A stretch of DNA of 63,740 bases, counting the filler, from Octopus bimaculoides (taxonomy: Eukaryota): NCBI RefSeq assembly GCF_001194135.2. It is 5 parts of 5 records of this genome, joined end to end, with 100 filler letters (N's around TTAATTAATTAA, not from the genome) between each part and the next. Parts side by side here need not be neighbours in the genome. Positions count along the whole stretch, not along the records: positions 25,175 to 46,698 come from NC_068988.1; 4 more parts are not named here. One strand, given 5' to 3'. Positions 26,810 to 39,915 of the stretch are shown here, piece after piece. The number at the start of each line of letters is the position of its first letter. Positions within the stretch are counted from its first letter, which is position 1. The translations under genes were made by a program, and so were the position numbers. The notes under the pieces were generated by a model. The model ran no database searches and was not told the DNA's origin. It saw only the letters and a program-made list of their open reading frames with translations.

Positions 26810-29800
26810 GTGTTCAAAATGGGACTGCATTTTGTAATAGAGTGTCTTTACTAATTCGGCGGCTACAGGTTGTATCGTCCCTGAATTGGTAGAGGGGAAA
26901 AATTCTGAAGCTTGGATTTTTATTGTTGGCACAAATGTCGATGTGTCGGCTGGATACTATTTTTCTGTTTTGGAAAATTTTGATCTGGGATCTGTGCAAT
27001 GCCATTCTTTTACATAGACTGTTTTTTGATTGGCCTATGTATTGCTCTTGACACCCAGAGCAGGTTAGTACGTATATCAGGTTCTCTGAAGTACATGTAA
27101 AGTTGCTTTTCACTGTAAAACGTTGTCCCTGTTTGAAAGAGAACTCTGATCCCTCAAGTAAATTGACGCATATCCCACAGTTGGGTCTTGCGCATTTTTT
27201 TTTACTGACGGCTTCTGTATTGTTCAGCGTATTCGGGCTTGTGTTAGGAGACTCTTTTACTCCTTTACTCTTTTACTTGTTTCAGTCATTTGACTGTGGC
27301 CATGCTGGAGCACCGCCTTTAGTCGAGAAAATCGACCCCAGGACTTATTCTTTGTAAGCCTAGTACTTATTCTATCGGTCTCTTTTGCCGAACCGCTAAG
27401 TTACGGGGACGTAAACACACCAGCATTGGTTCTCAAGTGATGTTGGGGACAAGCACAGACGCACAAACACACNNNNNNNNNNNNNNNNNNNNNNNNNNNN
27501 NNNNNNNNNNNNNNNNNNNNNNNNNNNNNNNNNNNNNNNNNNNNNNNNNNNNNNNNNNNNNNNNNNNNNNNNNNNNNNNNNNNNNNNNNNNNNNNNNNNN
27601 NNNNNNNNNNNNNNNNNNNNNNNNNNNNNNNNNNNNNNNNNNNNNNNNNNNNNNNNNNNNNNNNNNNNNNNNNNNNNNNNNNNNNNNNNNNNNNNNNNNN
27701 NNNNNNNNNNNNNNNNNNNNNNNNNNNNNNNNNNNNNNNNNNNNNNNNNNNNNNNNNNNNNNNNNNNNNNNNNNNNNNNNNNNNNNNNNNNNNNNNNNNN
27801 NNNNNNNNNNNNNNNNNNNNNNNNNNNNNNNNNNNNNNNNNNNNNNNNNNNNNNNNNNNNNNNNNNNNNNNNNNNNNNNNNNNNNNNNNNNNNNNNNNNN
27901 NNNNNNNNNNNNNNNNNNNNNNNNNNNNNNNNNNNNNNNNNNNNNNNNNNNNNNNNNNNNNNNGTGTGTGTTTGGAGGATTAAGTTCATTCTGTGGTCCT
28001 TTTTTAGCAGGGAAATGTTTTGAAGGATGGTGTCGAAGGCTTCATTGTTAAGAGGGTTGTGTGTGGAGATGTATGGTAGGGATTTTGGTTGTAAATCCTC
28101 CTTTAATTTGGGATGTCTGAATTCCTGGATGTTGAGTTGAAGGGCACGTTGAAAGCATATGTCAATTAGTGAAGGTGGGTAGTTCCTGGTGATGAGTGTA
28201 TCTTTTAGTGCATGTAGTCGTGTGTCTCTGGTGTTTGCAGTAGAAACTATAGTACATATCTTTTTTGCTAGGTTGAAGGGGATGTTCATTCTGGTGTGTC
28301 CGGCATGGCATGAGTTGAACGGTAGATTTTGCTTGGAGTCCGTGGGCTTATAGTATATATCTGTTCCTATTACGTTGTTAGATTTCTTAATGAGGATGCC
28401 GAGGAAGAGAAGTTGTTGATGACTATATTGCATCGTAAATTGAATATTTACGTCAAGTCCATTTATAAGTGCCTGAAATTCTTTAAGTCTCTTTATACTT
28501 TCATGCCAACGGATGAAACAGTCATGCAGATACCTCTTCCATTTGTTTTCTATGTAGAGGGAGAATGGGTTACCGTATTTTTCTAGAACCTTACGATAAA
28601 GACTGATTTCTAGATATCTCATAACTAGGTTAGCAAAGGAGGGGGCCATTCTCGTACCCATCGCAGTCTCCGATTTTTGTCGATAGAAGTTGTCCTTGAA
28701 GACGAAGTAGTTAATTTCTAGGATGAATTTTAGCCCTTCTATCACGAATTCTTTTTGATGCGATGTGGAAGTTCGTTGGTGTAATTCTCTTGCCAGAATT
28801 GAATTGCGTCTATTCCTAGGTTATGGGGGAAATTGGAATAGAAGTTGACTACATCGAAGGATACTAGTTGGGTGTTTTTGTTTATTGTTTCAGGAAGGTG
28901 ATTGAGCATATCCAGGTTGTCCCTTATATAGCTTTTGACATGCTTGAGAAATGGTTTTAAGAGGGTATCTAAAAAGTTACTGAGGCGGTGGGTTTCGCAT
29001 GAGGGACCTGCTATTATAGGTCTCAATTTGAGATCATTAGGAGTGGGGACTTGGATTATTATGTCTGCGGCTATTTTGCATGCGTTACTTATTTTCTCAC
29101 TTTTGTGTATTTTGGGAATACCGTAGAATTGACTGGTTTTACTTTTGAAATTGGTTATATAGTCATATTCTTTGTCGGTGAGCCCGTCTCTGTATAAGTT
29201 TGACATGGATTTTAGGTCTCTCATTATTTTCTGTTGACTGTAGTGTTGGGCCTTTTCATAATACGTTGTGTCTTCCAATATGGATAGTACTAGAGTTATA
29301 TAGAATACCGTGTCCATTAAGACAACTGCACTCCCTTTATCAGCCTCTTTGTTCGTTATTGTTTTGTCATCTTTTAATTTGTTCAGATCAGCCCATTCTT
29401 TTTTGCTGAAGTTTGGTTTGTGTTTTTGTTTGTGCATATGTTGATATGGGTAATTCGAGATGTGTTCACAGAAATGATCAAGAGTTTTGTTCTTACCTTT
29501 TGAGGTGGTGTAGTTACTTCTATTTCGGACCAATGATTCGTCCTCATTGTATTTGTCGTATAGCTCCTCAGCGAGTTGTAATTTTCTACAGAATTCCGCG
29601 ATGTCTTTTTTCATTTCGTTGCAGTTGGAGAGTTGTGGGGTGGGTGTAAACTTGAGCCCTTTGGAGAGTATATTGATTTGGTCTCCTGNNNNNNNNNNGA
29701 TAGTACTAGAGTTATATAGAATACCGTGTCCATTAAGACAACTGCACTCCCTTTATCAGCCTCTTTGTTCGTTATTGTTTTGTCATCTTTTAATTTGTTC

Positions 29801-30330
29801 AGATCAGCCCATTCTTTTTTGCTGAAGTTTGGTTTGTGTTTTTGTTTGTGCATATGTTGATATGGGTAATTCGAGATGTGTTCACAGAAATGATCAAGAG
29901 TTTTGTTCTTACCTTTTGAGGTGGTGTAGTTACTTCTATTTCGGACCAATGATTCGTCCTCATTGTATTTGTCGTATAGCTCCTCAGCGAGTTGTAATTT
30001 TCTACAGAATTCCGCGATGTCTTTTTTCATTTCGTTGCAGTTGGAGAGTTGTGGGGTGGGTGTAAACTTGAGCCCTTTGGAGAGTATATTGATTTGGTCT
30101 CCTGTTATTTCTTTGTGAGTTAGATTGATAATTTTCATCACTTTTGGTTCCTCCTGTCTGTGTGTCTCTGTGTTTGCGTATTGGGTCTAAAACATGATTG
30201 CGGTGGTTGGGACGGTAGCTATTATGTAGTTGTCCCTTGTTGTTGTGGGGTGCCCTGTTGTGATTTATGGTATGGGTTCTTGGAACGGTATTGAAAAGTG
30301 TGTCCCGATATCCCATGTTCGGATGTGGTG
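26810..30330 (-). mobile_element. Penelope-like element with long ORF segments (N-terminal domain, RT, GIY-YIG), interrupted by a gap/SINE and an assembly duplication
   Basis: IKEADKG-like KEADKGSAVV, YGIPKIHK, LRPIIAG, SFDVVNFYSNFP, AMGTRMAPSFANL, WKRYLHDCF (catalytic YxDD mutated to YLHD), YYKPTD, NLIYVLTCSGCQEQYIGQSKNSLCKRMALH. Confidence 0.93.
27255..27472 (-). mobile_element. SINE family A 3' tail inserted in the PLE
   Basis: Reverse complement matches 52880-53070 (GTCCCCGTAACTTAGCGGTTCGGCAAAAGAG…GGCGGTGCTCCAGCATGGCC). Confidence 0.8.
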
Positions 30331-30826
30331 TTCTCTTTCTTCTTCTTCTTCTTCTTCTTCTTCTTCTTCTTCTTCTTCTTCTTCTTCTTCTTCTTCTTCT
30401 TCTTNNNNNNNNNNNNNNNNNNNNNNNNNNNNNNNNNNNNNNNNNNNNNNNNNNNNNNNNNNNNNNNNNNNNNNNNNNNNNNNNNNNNNNNNNNNNNNNN
30501 NNNNNNNNNNNNNNNNNNNNNNNNNNNNNNNNNNNNNNNNNNNNNNNNNNNNNNNNNNNNNNNNNNNNNNNNNNNNNNNNNNNNNNNNNNNNNNNNNNNN
30601 NNNNNNNNNNNNNNNNNNNNNNNNNNNNNNNNNNNNNNNNNNNNNNNNNNNNNNNNNNNNNNNNNNNNNNNNNNNNNNNNNNNNNNNNNNNNNNNNNNNN
30701 NNNNNNNNNNNNNNNACTGTAATGTTTTATATAAAATTATTTTAGCATTTTCTACCTTGACTTTTTTCCATATATATGTTTGAAGAAGAAGAAGAAGAAG
30801 AAGAAGAAGAAGAAGAAGAAGAAGAA

Positions 30827-30873
<47 letters not shown>

Positions 30874-30887
30874 AGAAGATATATATA

Positions 30888-31214
30888 TCGTGAAGTAGAT
30901 TTGCCACCTAAATGTGGCTAACCCTTAAGGGTTCATGCTACTGTAGCTTGTAGCCCCAGGAAGACATCTCCTCCAACTGGCTATTGACACACTTTCTGTG
31001 CCCTATATGATGACGGGTCAATACCCAGAAACTCGGGTTCGTGTGTGTCACGTCAGGCTGGAGATGGGAAAGATGACTTCCCTTTGCAAATACTGATAGG
31101 GCACAGAAAGTGTGTCAATAGCCAGCTGGAGGAGATGCCTTCCTGGTGTTACAAGCTACAGTAACATCAACTCTTAAGGGTTAGCCACATTTAGGTGGTA
31201 AACATACTTCACGA
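30888..31214. mobile_element. Foldback MITE with 119-bp TIRs and TA flanks (Tc1/mariner-like)
   Basis: Arms 30888-31006 and 31096-31214, gap-free and about 90% complementary by eye; 89-bp spacer; TA on both sides. Confidence 0.87.
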
Positions 31215-31759
31215 TATCGGGCAGCTACTGTTCTAACCTCGCTCAGAGATTTATTATTGCATTCCACACACGGTCACACACACGCGCATCGGCAACATTC
31301 GTCAATTTCTTGAAAATGGGGTCACAACCCCGAAATATTGAATACAAGTTCAGTCTGCATTAATTCGCATATTTGTTTTCTTGTGAGTTACCTTGCATTT
31401 ACTTCGCATTGTTTTGGCCTTACCAACGATCCTTTATACACTATATATATATATATGTTTTCATAATATAAGTTATATATAAGTTATAAGTGAGAGAAAT
31501 AGAATGGTAAAATTTATTTAAGCATAGAAATTTTTTAAATATTTTATATGTAAATTATTTACATGTTTGTATTAATATCAACAATTTTAAAAATTAATAC
31601 AGATATTAAGCGAGCTCATCGTGTGAGAGAAAAAAATCCGTGTTACATAATAATCTCTTGAAGTAACGTTTTAAGAACGCAAAGCCAACATTCGAAAATA
31701 GAACCTTAAGAGTTACGGAAGATAATAGCTGATTGGAAGTGTTATCATATACATCTTTT

Positions 31760-32190
31760 TTCTTTGTATAAAAGATGGGTTACAACAAATGTTCTGTTTA
31801 ATACCACAGATTTGCTTGTTAGTTGCTTGACCATAACCAGTTGAGCATCCCCGTTGGTGGCTGACGATATGTGCATCTGTAATCACGAGCAGAAGTAGTG
31901 GGGAGCATTATAGTCATATATTGAAACGAATTCTTTGGGGTTTGAATAATTCACCTCTGAAAACATTGGTGTTTCGTTCAACATCCTTAAACAACTTTAA
32001 TTCAGAGACCTTTTGAGCGTGAAGAAAATTCTAGCTAGGCCTCACCTACAAGATCATGCGTTGTTTATCTTGATATGAGATCACTATGTTGCGCATATAT
32101 GGCTGTGATGCATGTGCCTGGTGTACCTTTTCATACGGGTAGTCATGATGGGTATACTGGGCTTCGGATATTTTACCCCAGTGTCAGCTC
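31760..32190 (-). mobile_element. Unclassified interspersed repeat (family E)
   Basis: Reverse complement of 32030-32190 matches 42550-42700(+) (ATACCCATCATGACTACCCG…CATCACAGCCATAT…CTCATATCAA). Confidence 0.7.
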
Positions 32191-33208
32191 TCTCAATAAT
32201 TATATTAATAATAATAATAACATTAATAGAAAATGATAAGGCAGTTTTCAAACAAATCGAAGGGAATTTTAGTAATATAATTTTTAAAAAGTAACTAGTA
32301 GACATTATTGGTATAAGAAAAAGAAAGTTATATATTTATCATTAATAACCTAGAAAATAAAAGATCGTAGAAATAATGAAAAAATAGTAACAAACTATAA
32401 CTAAATAAAAGTTTTTAGAGACAATGTTAACGATAAGGGCTGATACGAACAAGAGAAAAACTAACAATATTAGATTAAAAAATCAGTTTGAAGATATAAG
32501 TAAATATTTAAAGAAAAGAATCTTAAAACGTATGGAAGACAATAAGAATAAAATTAATAGAAATTATTAAGATGGTTTTCTGAGAAGAGAAAGGGAAATT
32601 AAGATATCAAAAAATAATTAATAAATAGTTTTGTATAAGAAAAGAAAAATAATACATTTATCGTTGATAATATAGGAAATAAAAGGTCGTAAAGAAAGAG
32701 AAAACTTGTAATAAAATGAAACTAAACAGAAATTCATAAAGACAGAGTTTACAAAACATAAGAATTGATATCTACAAGAAAAATATGAACAAGATTAAAT
32801 TAAAGATTAAGGGTTCAAATATATAAGTAAATAGAATAGATTGTAATGAAGGATAAGGGTAATATAATGTAGTATATAGATGGGGAGAGATTAAAGTATA
32901 TAAAGTAAATATATAGAAAAAAATTCTTAATATACATTCGTTGAAATAGTGTTTAAATTACATACTTATTTTTGTAATAGAGTTAGATATACTAAAATAT
33001 GTTTTTATACATAAATATTCTATAAACAATGTTAGTATCTAAAGAAGTTCAAAATTTGAATTATCATTATATTCAAGGTGGTCAAATAGTTGAATATTAT
33101 TACCAGGGTTTTAAATAATTATTATGAGTAAGAAGTAAAATAATAATAAAGATAAGCGCAATAGAAAATGCATATATAGAAAGAGGCTCTTACATAAATA
33201 TATGTATG

Positions 33209-33266
<58 letters not shown>

Positions 33267-33271
33267 TGTGC

Positions 33272-33312
<41 letters not shown>

Positions 33313-33359
33313 GAGAGAGAGGGGGAGAGTGAGAGCTATACATACATACATACATACAA

Positions 33360-35170
33360 ACATGGACAACTATTCTTACCCTTACAACTGAGAACAGAAT
33401 AATTGTTTCTAGTAGTATAGGCATTACAAAGGGGATATTCCAGGGAGATAGTCTTTCTGTACTTATTTTCATGTTGGCACTGAATCCATTATCGTTCCTA
33501 CTCCAGAAAACAAATGGTTACATGCTAGAATCTTCAACTGCCAGAAATATCAATTGAACTCTTGATTTCTTTGCAGTCGACCTGAAGATTTATACTAAAA
33601 ATGTTAACAATTTTCATCTGATATAGGCATGGAATTTGGCCAAAAGAAATGTTCATATCTGGTTATAGAACAAGGAAAGTCAGTCCCCCAAACCCAAAAC
33701 CTGTGCATCTACGGTCTCTCTATCTCCCCCATTCAGCACAAAAAAATGTTACAAGTCCCTAGGCATAGACGAAAATGTATCATATGATGGCACTGTGAAT
33801 AAAGATAGAGTGACTCAAAAATATAGCACCAGACTTAGGAGAATATGGCAGTCGGACCTCTCCTATTACAACAAAACAATATCCCACAATGCATTTTCAG
33901 TACCAGTGCTGATACCAACATTTGGGATACTTGATTGGTCTATAGAAGGAACCCACTCCATAGATATCAAAACCCGCAAAATCCTGACAACAACTGGGAA
34001 CTTCTACAGAAACAGTGATGTTGACATGCTCTACCTAAGAAGAAATGAAGGTGGTAGAGGCCTGAGATCAATGCAGACGGCGTTGGAATGCCGTATGGTA
34101 TAACTCAGGCAGCACCTGCTAAATAACAGCAGCAAAAATAAATATATTAATGCAGTGTTGAAAAGTGAAGTGAGCAACATTGTACGACACTCTCTTCATG
34201 ATGATCTCCTTTACAGCCCCAAAACAGCTGGGCTCTCTTACCTCAGAAAATATCTAGATGGAAAGCACTCAACATCCAAAAAAAGAAAAGACCATGCACG
34301 GGTATGTTGCCCGAAAGCTTCAAGTAGAACTGTAGAATTGACACGAAGCGCAGCCTCTCTTGGACACAAGACCACTACATCACCTCATACTTTGAAAGAT
34401 ATGCGTTTGCAATCCAGGAACAAGAGATTGTCACAAAGTACCTGGTGAACAAGAGAGACAGTGACGCTCTTGTAGTCCCACGGTGCAACCGTATATGTAG
34501 GTTGTGTCGTGTTTCTGTGGAAAACATTACACAAGTGATTAGCAGCTGTCCTAAAATGTCGTCACGGTACTACCTTCCTATGCAGCACGATGTGGCTAAA
34601 GCAATTTACAATGCCATCCCCCCCCCCAAAAAAAGGACTGTCCTGAAATAAACTTAGAAAATCCCTGTTATGGAATACATTCATAAACACCAACTCAAGG
34701 AATACTGTTGGAATATTCCCATCAAAACTTCTGTCAAATGTAAGCATAACATGCCGGATATTGTTGTTTGGGACAGAGGGGCAAAGGTATGTACCATCAT
34801 AGAGGTTAGCTACCCTGCAGATATAAATATATCTTTGAAAATCAAAGAAAAAGAGGCTTCGAAACTTCCAGTTTCTAGATCCAGACTATGAATTCATACT
34901 TATACCAATAATAATTGGAGCACTAGGTTTTGTTAGTAAATGCTTAAAGGAAAATCTGGATAAACTGAGATTTTCGGAAAGAGAAACTGGCCGGCTGATT
35001 CGTACATTACAAGTCCAATCTGTGAGTGGAACAGTAAAAATATGCAAGATTTTCTCAAGTTCCAAATGTGAATTTGTCTGTGTTAACTATATCTCAAAGA
35101 TGGAGCCTTGTATCTTTGTTGGAAACCGGCTCACTCCTCGGTGGAAGCTTTATAATAATTAGAAAATAGA
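33360..35170 (+). mobile_element. R4/Dong-like LINE, 5'-truncated, decayed
   Basis: GIFQGDSLSVLIF, HNAFSVPVL, DVDMLYL.RNEGGRGL, CRLC…ENITQVISSC, HNMPDIVVWD…TIIEVSYP (RLE). Confidence 0.85.
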
Positions 35171-36151
35171 AGAGACTTANNNNNNNNNNATATATATATA
35201 CGTACATATACATACACACACAGATACATATATATAAAGTGAGAGTGGGGGAGAGAGTAGGTACAGATAAAATTGCGTCTAATGACGTAATGTAATATGC
35301 ATATACAAGTGCTCAGGTTCGCTTATCTCTAAAACTCTGACTTGAACTGCGCTTAAAGCAAAAGTGGTGTTGTAGTCTCTTAGCAGTAAATGGCTATAAG
35401 TAAATTTTAATTAAGTGGGTAGATATATGTTAGAAAGAAAAGATGAACAAGTAAAGCAAACTTGATTTTGTAATTCAAACATAATTGTAGAGTAATTTCA
35501 TTGGAGTTGCTGGTGTGAAAGGTATCATATAAATAAGGGAATAAGATGTGCACAAAGTCTCTTACACCTGTTTCTAGAATAGCTGCGCATGTTACATATC
35601 TCATCGAACAAAGATTTCCATATAAAATCCAACTATTCCATCTTCAGAGAAGAAGAATTAAAGAATAACTTTATCAAAGGATATTAGTAGTCACCAGTTC
35701 CATGAATAAGTTTGAATGGTTTCAATGGTCATTTCTAGTTGTTCAGGAGTGTTTACTTCACCTGATCTACACTCACACACACACACACACATACACACAC
35801 ACACACATACACACACACACAAGGAGGAAGAGTGGGGAGGGAGAGAGAGACAGAAACAAAGAGAGTGGGAGAGAGTTGATTATAACTACTTCTAAAGAAT
35901 ATAAAAAACCGGTAAAGTTTTGCATATTTATTAAAAATACAGATGAACATTTAATTACATGTTATCTCTAAACACATTGTCTCTATACTTTAGCTAATTA
36001 AACTACGTCAGTTGATTAATCAACTAAAGTATAAGAGACCTGATCGCTGACTCCTGAGCATAATTGGTTACTTACTTTTTCTTTCACACTGTTCCTCTTA
36101 CTTCCTATGACAATTATTATTATCATTATCATGATGATGATGATGATGATG

Positions 36152-36226
<75 letters not shown>

Positions 36227-36263
36227 GCCTTTGCACANNNNNNNNNNGATGATGATGATGATG

Positions 36264-36335
<72 letters not shown>

Positions 36336-39240
36336 GCCTTTGCACAGCTTCTAATGCTGGAGATGTATTACAGTGTCGGCTGTTTTTCTCGACCACCTAC
36401 CGGAGTATTCGAGCGGTTCCAAGCAGTGCTCTTTTCTGCAAGTGCTCCACCCTTCTTGCAGCCCCTATTTGTTCCACGTACTTCTAGAGAGTTTTGCTCT
36501 CTGTTCCCAGGGCTCCGACAATTATTGGTTCATCGACCACAACTTCTTAACTTTCCAAGCTAACCTGTCATATCTCTCGACATTTCTTTCTTCCTTATCG
36601 CATACCTTGTTGTCAGTTGGGCATGCTATATCTATGATCCAGCATAGTTTGTTTTCTCAATTAAGACTATGTCTGGCTTCCTATTCTCTATCTCATGCTC
36701 GCACTGAATCATAAAATCCCATAGGATCTTTGCATTTCTATTTTCGATGATGCCTTCAGGCTTGTGGCCGTACCAATTTTTTCCTCTGTCAAGTCCATAC
36801 TTGTTGCAAAGTGTCCTATGGACAAGCCTGGCTATATTGTCGTGGCGTCTCTTATATTCCTTCTGGGCTAGTGGCGTACATTGGCTGGTAATATGCCATA
36901 CGGTTTCACCGTTTTGTCCACAGATTCTGCACTTATCACTTTCTGATGTGTTGTCTATTCTGTATTTTATGTAGTTTCTTCTTAGTGCTTGCTCGTGGGC
37001 AGCACAGATTAAAGCCTCCGTTTCCGGTTTTAAATCACTTTTAGTCCTCCACAACCATCTTTTTTTCTCTGTCAGTCTTATCTTCAACATCTCTATGAAA
37101 TTAATCATGCAGTTTTTTCTTTACCCACCTATTTTCAGTTTCATTCGTTTTCAATTTCTTGTATAGTGCTTTATCTTTGCAATCTTTCATTCTACACAAG
37201 CCTGACCTTCTTACTTCTAATAATAGCGGTTCTGTGGCATTTTTTACATACCATGCTATTTTGTTTTCTTCTGCTATGTTCGCATCCAATAAGTCCCCTT
37301 CCCCTCTTTTTCTTGGTACATACAGTCTGTGGCAATTTTTGGGTGGAGTAACCCATATCTATTCAAAAATTTCCTTGTCTTTCTGTCTAAGCAGTTTAGT
37401 TCGCCTACTGTCCATGGGATTACCCCTGCTTCATATATAAGGAGTGAAACCGTCCAGGCGTTGATAGCTTCGATCTTATTCCGTCCGTTTAATTTCGACT
37501 TAAGGATCAGTCTCAGTCTGCGAAAGTACGCCATCTTATTATTTTTATTCCATTTCTTTCTCCAATTTATCCATTTCCCAAATCCCCAAGTACTTATAGC
37601 CTGTCTCTTCTATCTGCTTCATAACCTCCCCCGACGGTATCGTTAGCCCATCCATACATTTGATTTTGCCTCTCTTCAAGACTAACACACCACACTTTCT
37701 CAGTCCGAACTCCATTCTGATATCAGCACTGGAGGTATTCACCGTATCAACGAGGGAACTGACTTGGGTTTCATCTTTACCATAAAGTTTGAAGTCATCC
37801 ATGAATAGCAAATGGTTGACTTTTTGTTGGCGGCTTTTGAATGCATACTCAGCTTTTGCTTTCCTCAGAATCAGTGTCAGTGGTATCAAGCACTGTACAA
37901 AGATCAGTGGGGACAGGCAGTCCCCTTGGAAGATACCCCTCTTAATTTCTGCTGACCCAAACTTCTTCCGTATGCTGTCAGGTTCGTCCTCCAATTCGCC
38001 ATACTTTTTCCAAGCAATCGCTCAACATTCAATGCAATACCAAATAGGTTCATACACTCCATAAGTCAAGAATGTGGGATCATATCGTACGCCTTACGAT
38101 AGTCGATCCATGACATGGCTAAGTTACTTTTCCTCCTCTTGCAGTCTCTAAGTACAGTTTTGTCTATCAGGGGTTGATCCTTGGTACCTATGCACTTATG
38201 CTTACAATCCCTCTGATCATGTGGCAGGACTCCATTTTTTCCCAGACGTTCGCACATTGACTCTGCGAGTCTTCCAGTCAATAACTTCCACATAAGTGGC
38301 AAACAGGATATCGGCCTGTAATTGTCTACCGTATTGCCTTTTTCTATGTTTCTCAGTCACAGCGCTGTCCAACCCAATATCAACCACTCTAGTGTTACTT
38401 AGTCGGCATTTAACAAGGTGTTGAGTTCTGCAGCTATTCGTGCATGACATTCACTAAATCTTTTGATTTAGTAGCCTTGAACTCCATCTGGTCCCAGGGC
38501 CTTCCAGTTGCTCATTTGTTTGCTGATTTCCTTCACTTCCCTACCTGAAATGACTAGTTCTGCCTGTTTTGGACAAACTACTGTTTGTTTCAGTTCTTGC
38601 AACCATTCAGCATCCTTCTTGTGCTCCTTGTCTTTGCTCCAGATGTCACTCTAAAACTTTTGACTTTCAATGTTATCTGGTATCAACTTTTCATCTGTAC
38701 ACTCTCCATTTATTTTTTTTATAGAATCTCTTCTAATCTACTCTGAATAACCTATTCTGGTGGTAACCCTTCATTCTTTGGTTGCATCTTACCATCTTTG
38801 CTTTCTTTGCAACGAGGCGCTGTTTCAATTCTTCCATTACTACTTTCAGGCCCTTTCTTTTATTATTATACTTCCTTTTCAGCGCCCTGTACTTTTGTTC
38901 GCTTTTAAGCTCCTCTTTCTCTTTTCGGTCTAAGACAGAGATTTCCTTCGAGAGTATGGCTAACCCTTCCTGGATTCTTCTTTTCCATCATAGATCTTTT
39001 CTTTTGTCACTCCCATTATGTTTCTTTTTCTTGACATCAACACCCACGTTTTCTGCTACAACAATACTTGTAGCCTTGATCAAATTATTTGTTTCTGTGA
39101 TGTTGTTTGTTCTGATGTATTTCAGAATTTTATTGACATTTTTCGTTTCTTGATTCAATTTCCATCGATCAACCTTTTTAAAGTTGCAAATAATGTCGCT
39201 ATCGTTCTCCTGTAGTCTTGCCTTTATTCTGTCGCAGGTT
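36336..39240 (-). mobile_element. R4/Dong-like LINE flanked on both sides by (TAA)n
   Basis: [67 protein letters not shown]…RRHD, RKPDIVLIEK. Confidence 0.9.
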
Positions 39241-39289
39241 ATTATCATTATCATCATTATTATTATCATTATTATTATTGTTGTTGTTG

Positions 39290-39915
39290 TTTTTATCTTC
39301 TTTCAATTTTGTTTTCATTTCTTGCTAAGTGTCTTCCTGACATCCAGAGCGAAGAAACTCACATTGGTAGGCCATTAAAATAAACACATCAGAATGTTCA
39401 TTTACATTTGGGTCTACTCCATTATTCATCACATTGGCTTGCTAGTTCCGGGTCAATAAGCTCTGATCTTGAGCAGCTAAGATAAATCCCTTACTCTCTG
39501 CATTTAGCTCTGAGCTCCGTAGCCACTGATAAGTGTGCTTCTGGTCTACATCAACTTGTTTGCTACGGGCCATATATTTGCCATGCAGAAGTTTTTGTTC
39601 CCACCTATTAGCTAAATGTTCAAACACTTTTGGCTTTGCCATTGATTTTGCCTTCTTTGCAACAACAGTAGCTGCACTTCCACCATGCTGTTCAATCTGG
39701 AATTTATGCATGATCTCACTAGCAATTTTTTTTGCTCTCCTTCATAACAGAATGAAGCTTCTTATGTCTCTCGTGGTTTTCAACGAGTTTCAGTATCCAG
39801 TTGTTAGATGTTTCAAGATATTTGGCCAGTCCATTAGTGGTGGTTTTTTCTAAGAGATTCCAAATTGTATCAAGCTTCGACCTCCTTAAGCTCTAGAAAG
39901 GTAAAGACGATCTGA
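39290..39915 (-). mobile_element. Internally deleted copy of the 5760-9165 R4/Dong family with its 3' UTR
   Basis: 39405-39915 matches 7975-8485 (HTYQWLRSSEL…AAQDQSLLTRN) and jumps directly to the 3' UTR also seen at 9120-9165; it ends in (CAA)(TAA)n. Confidence 0.85.
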
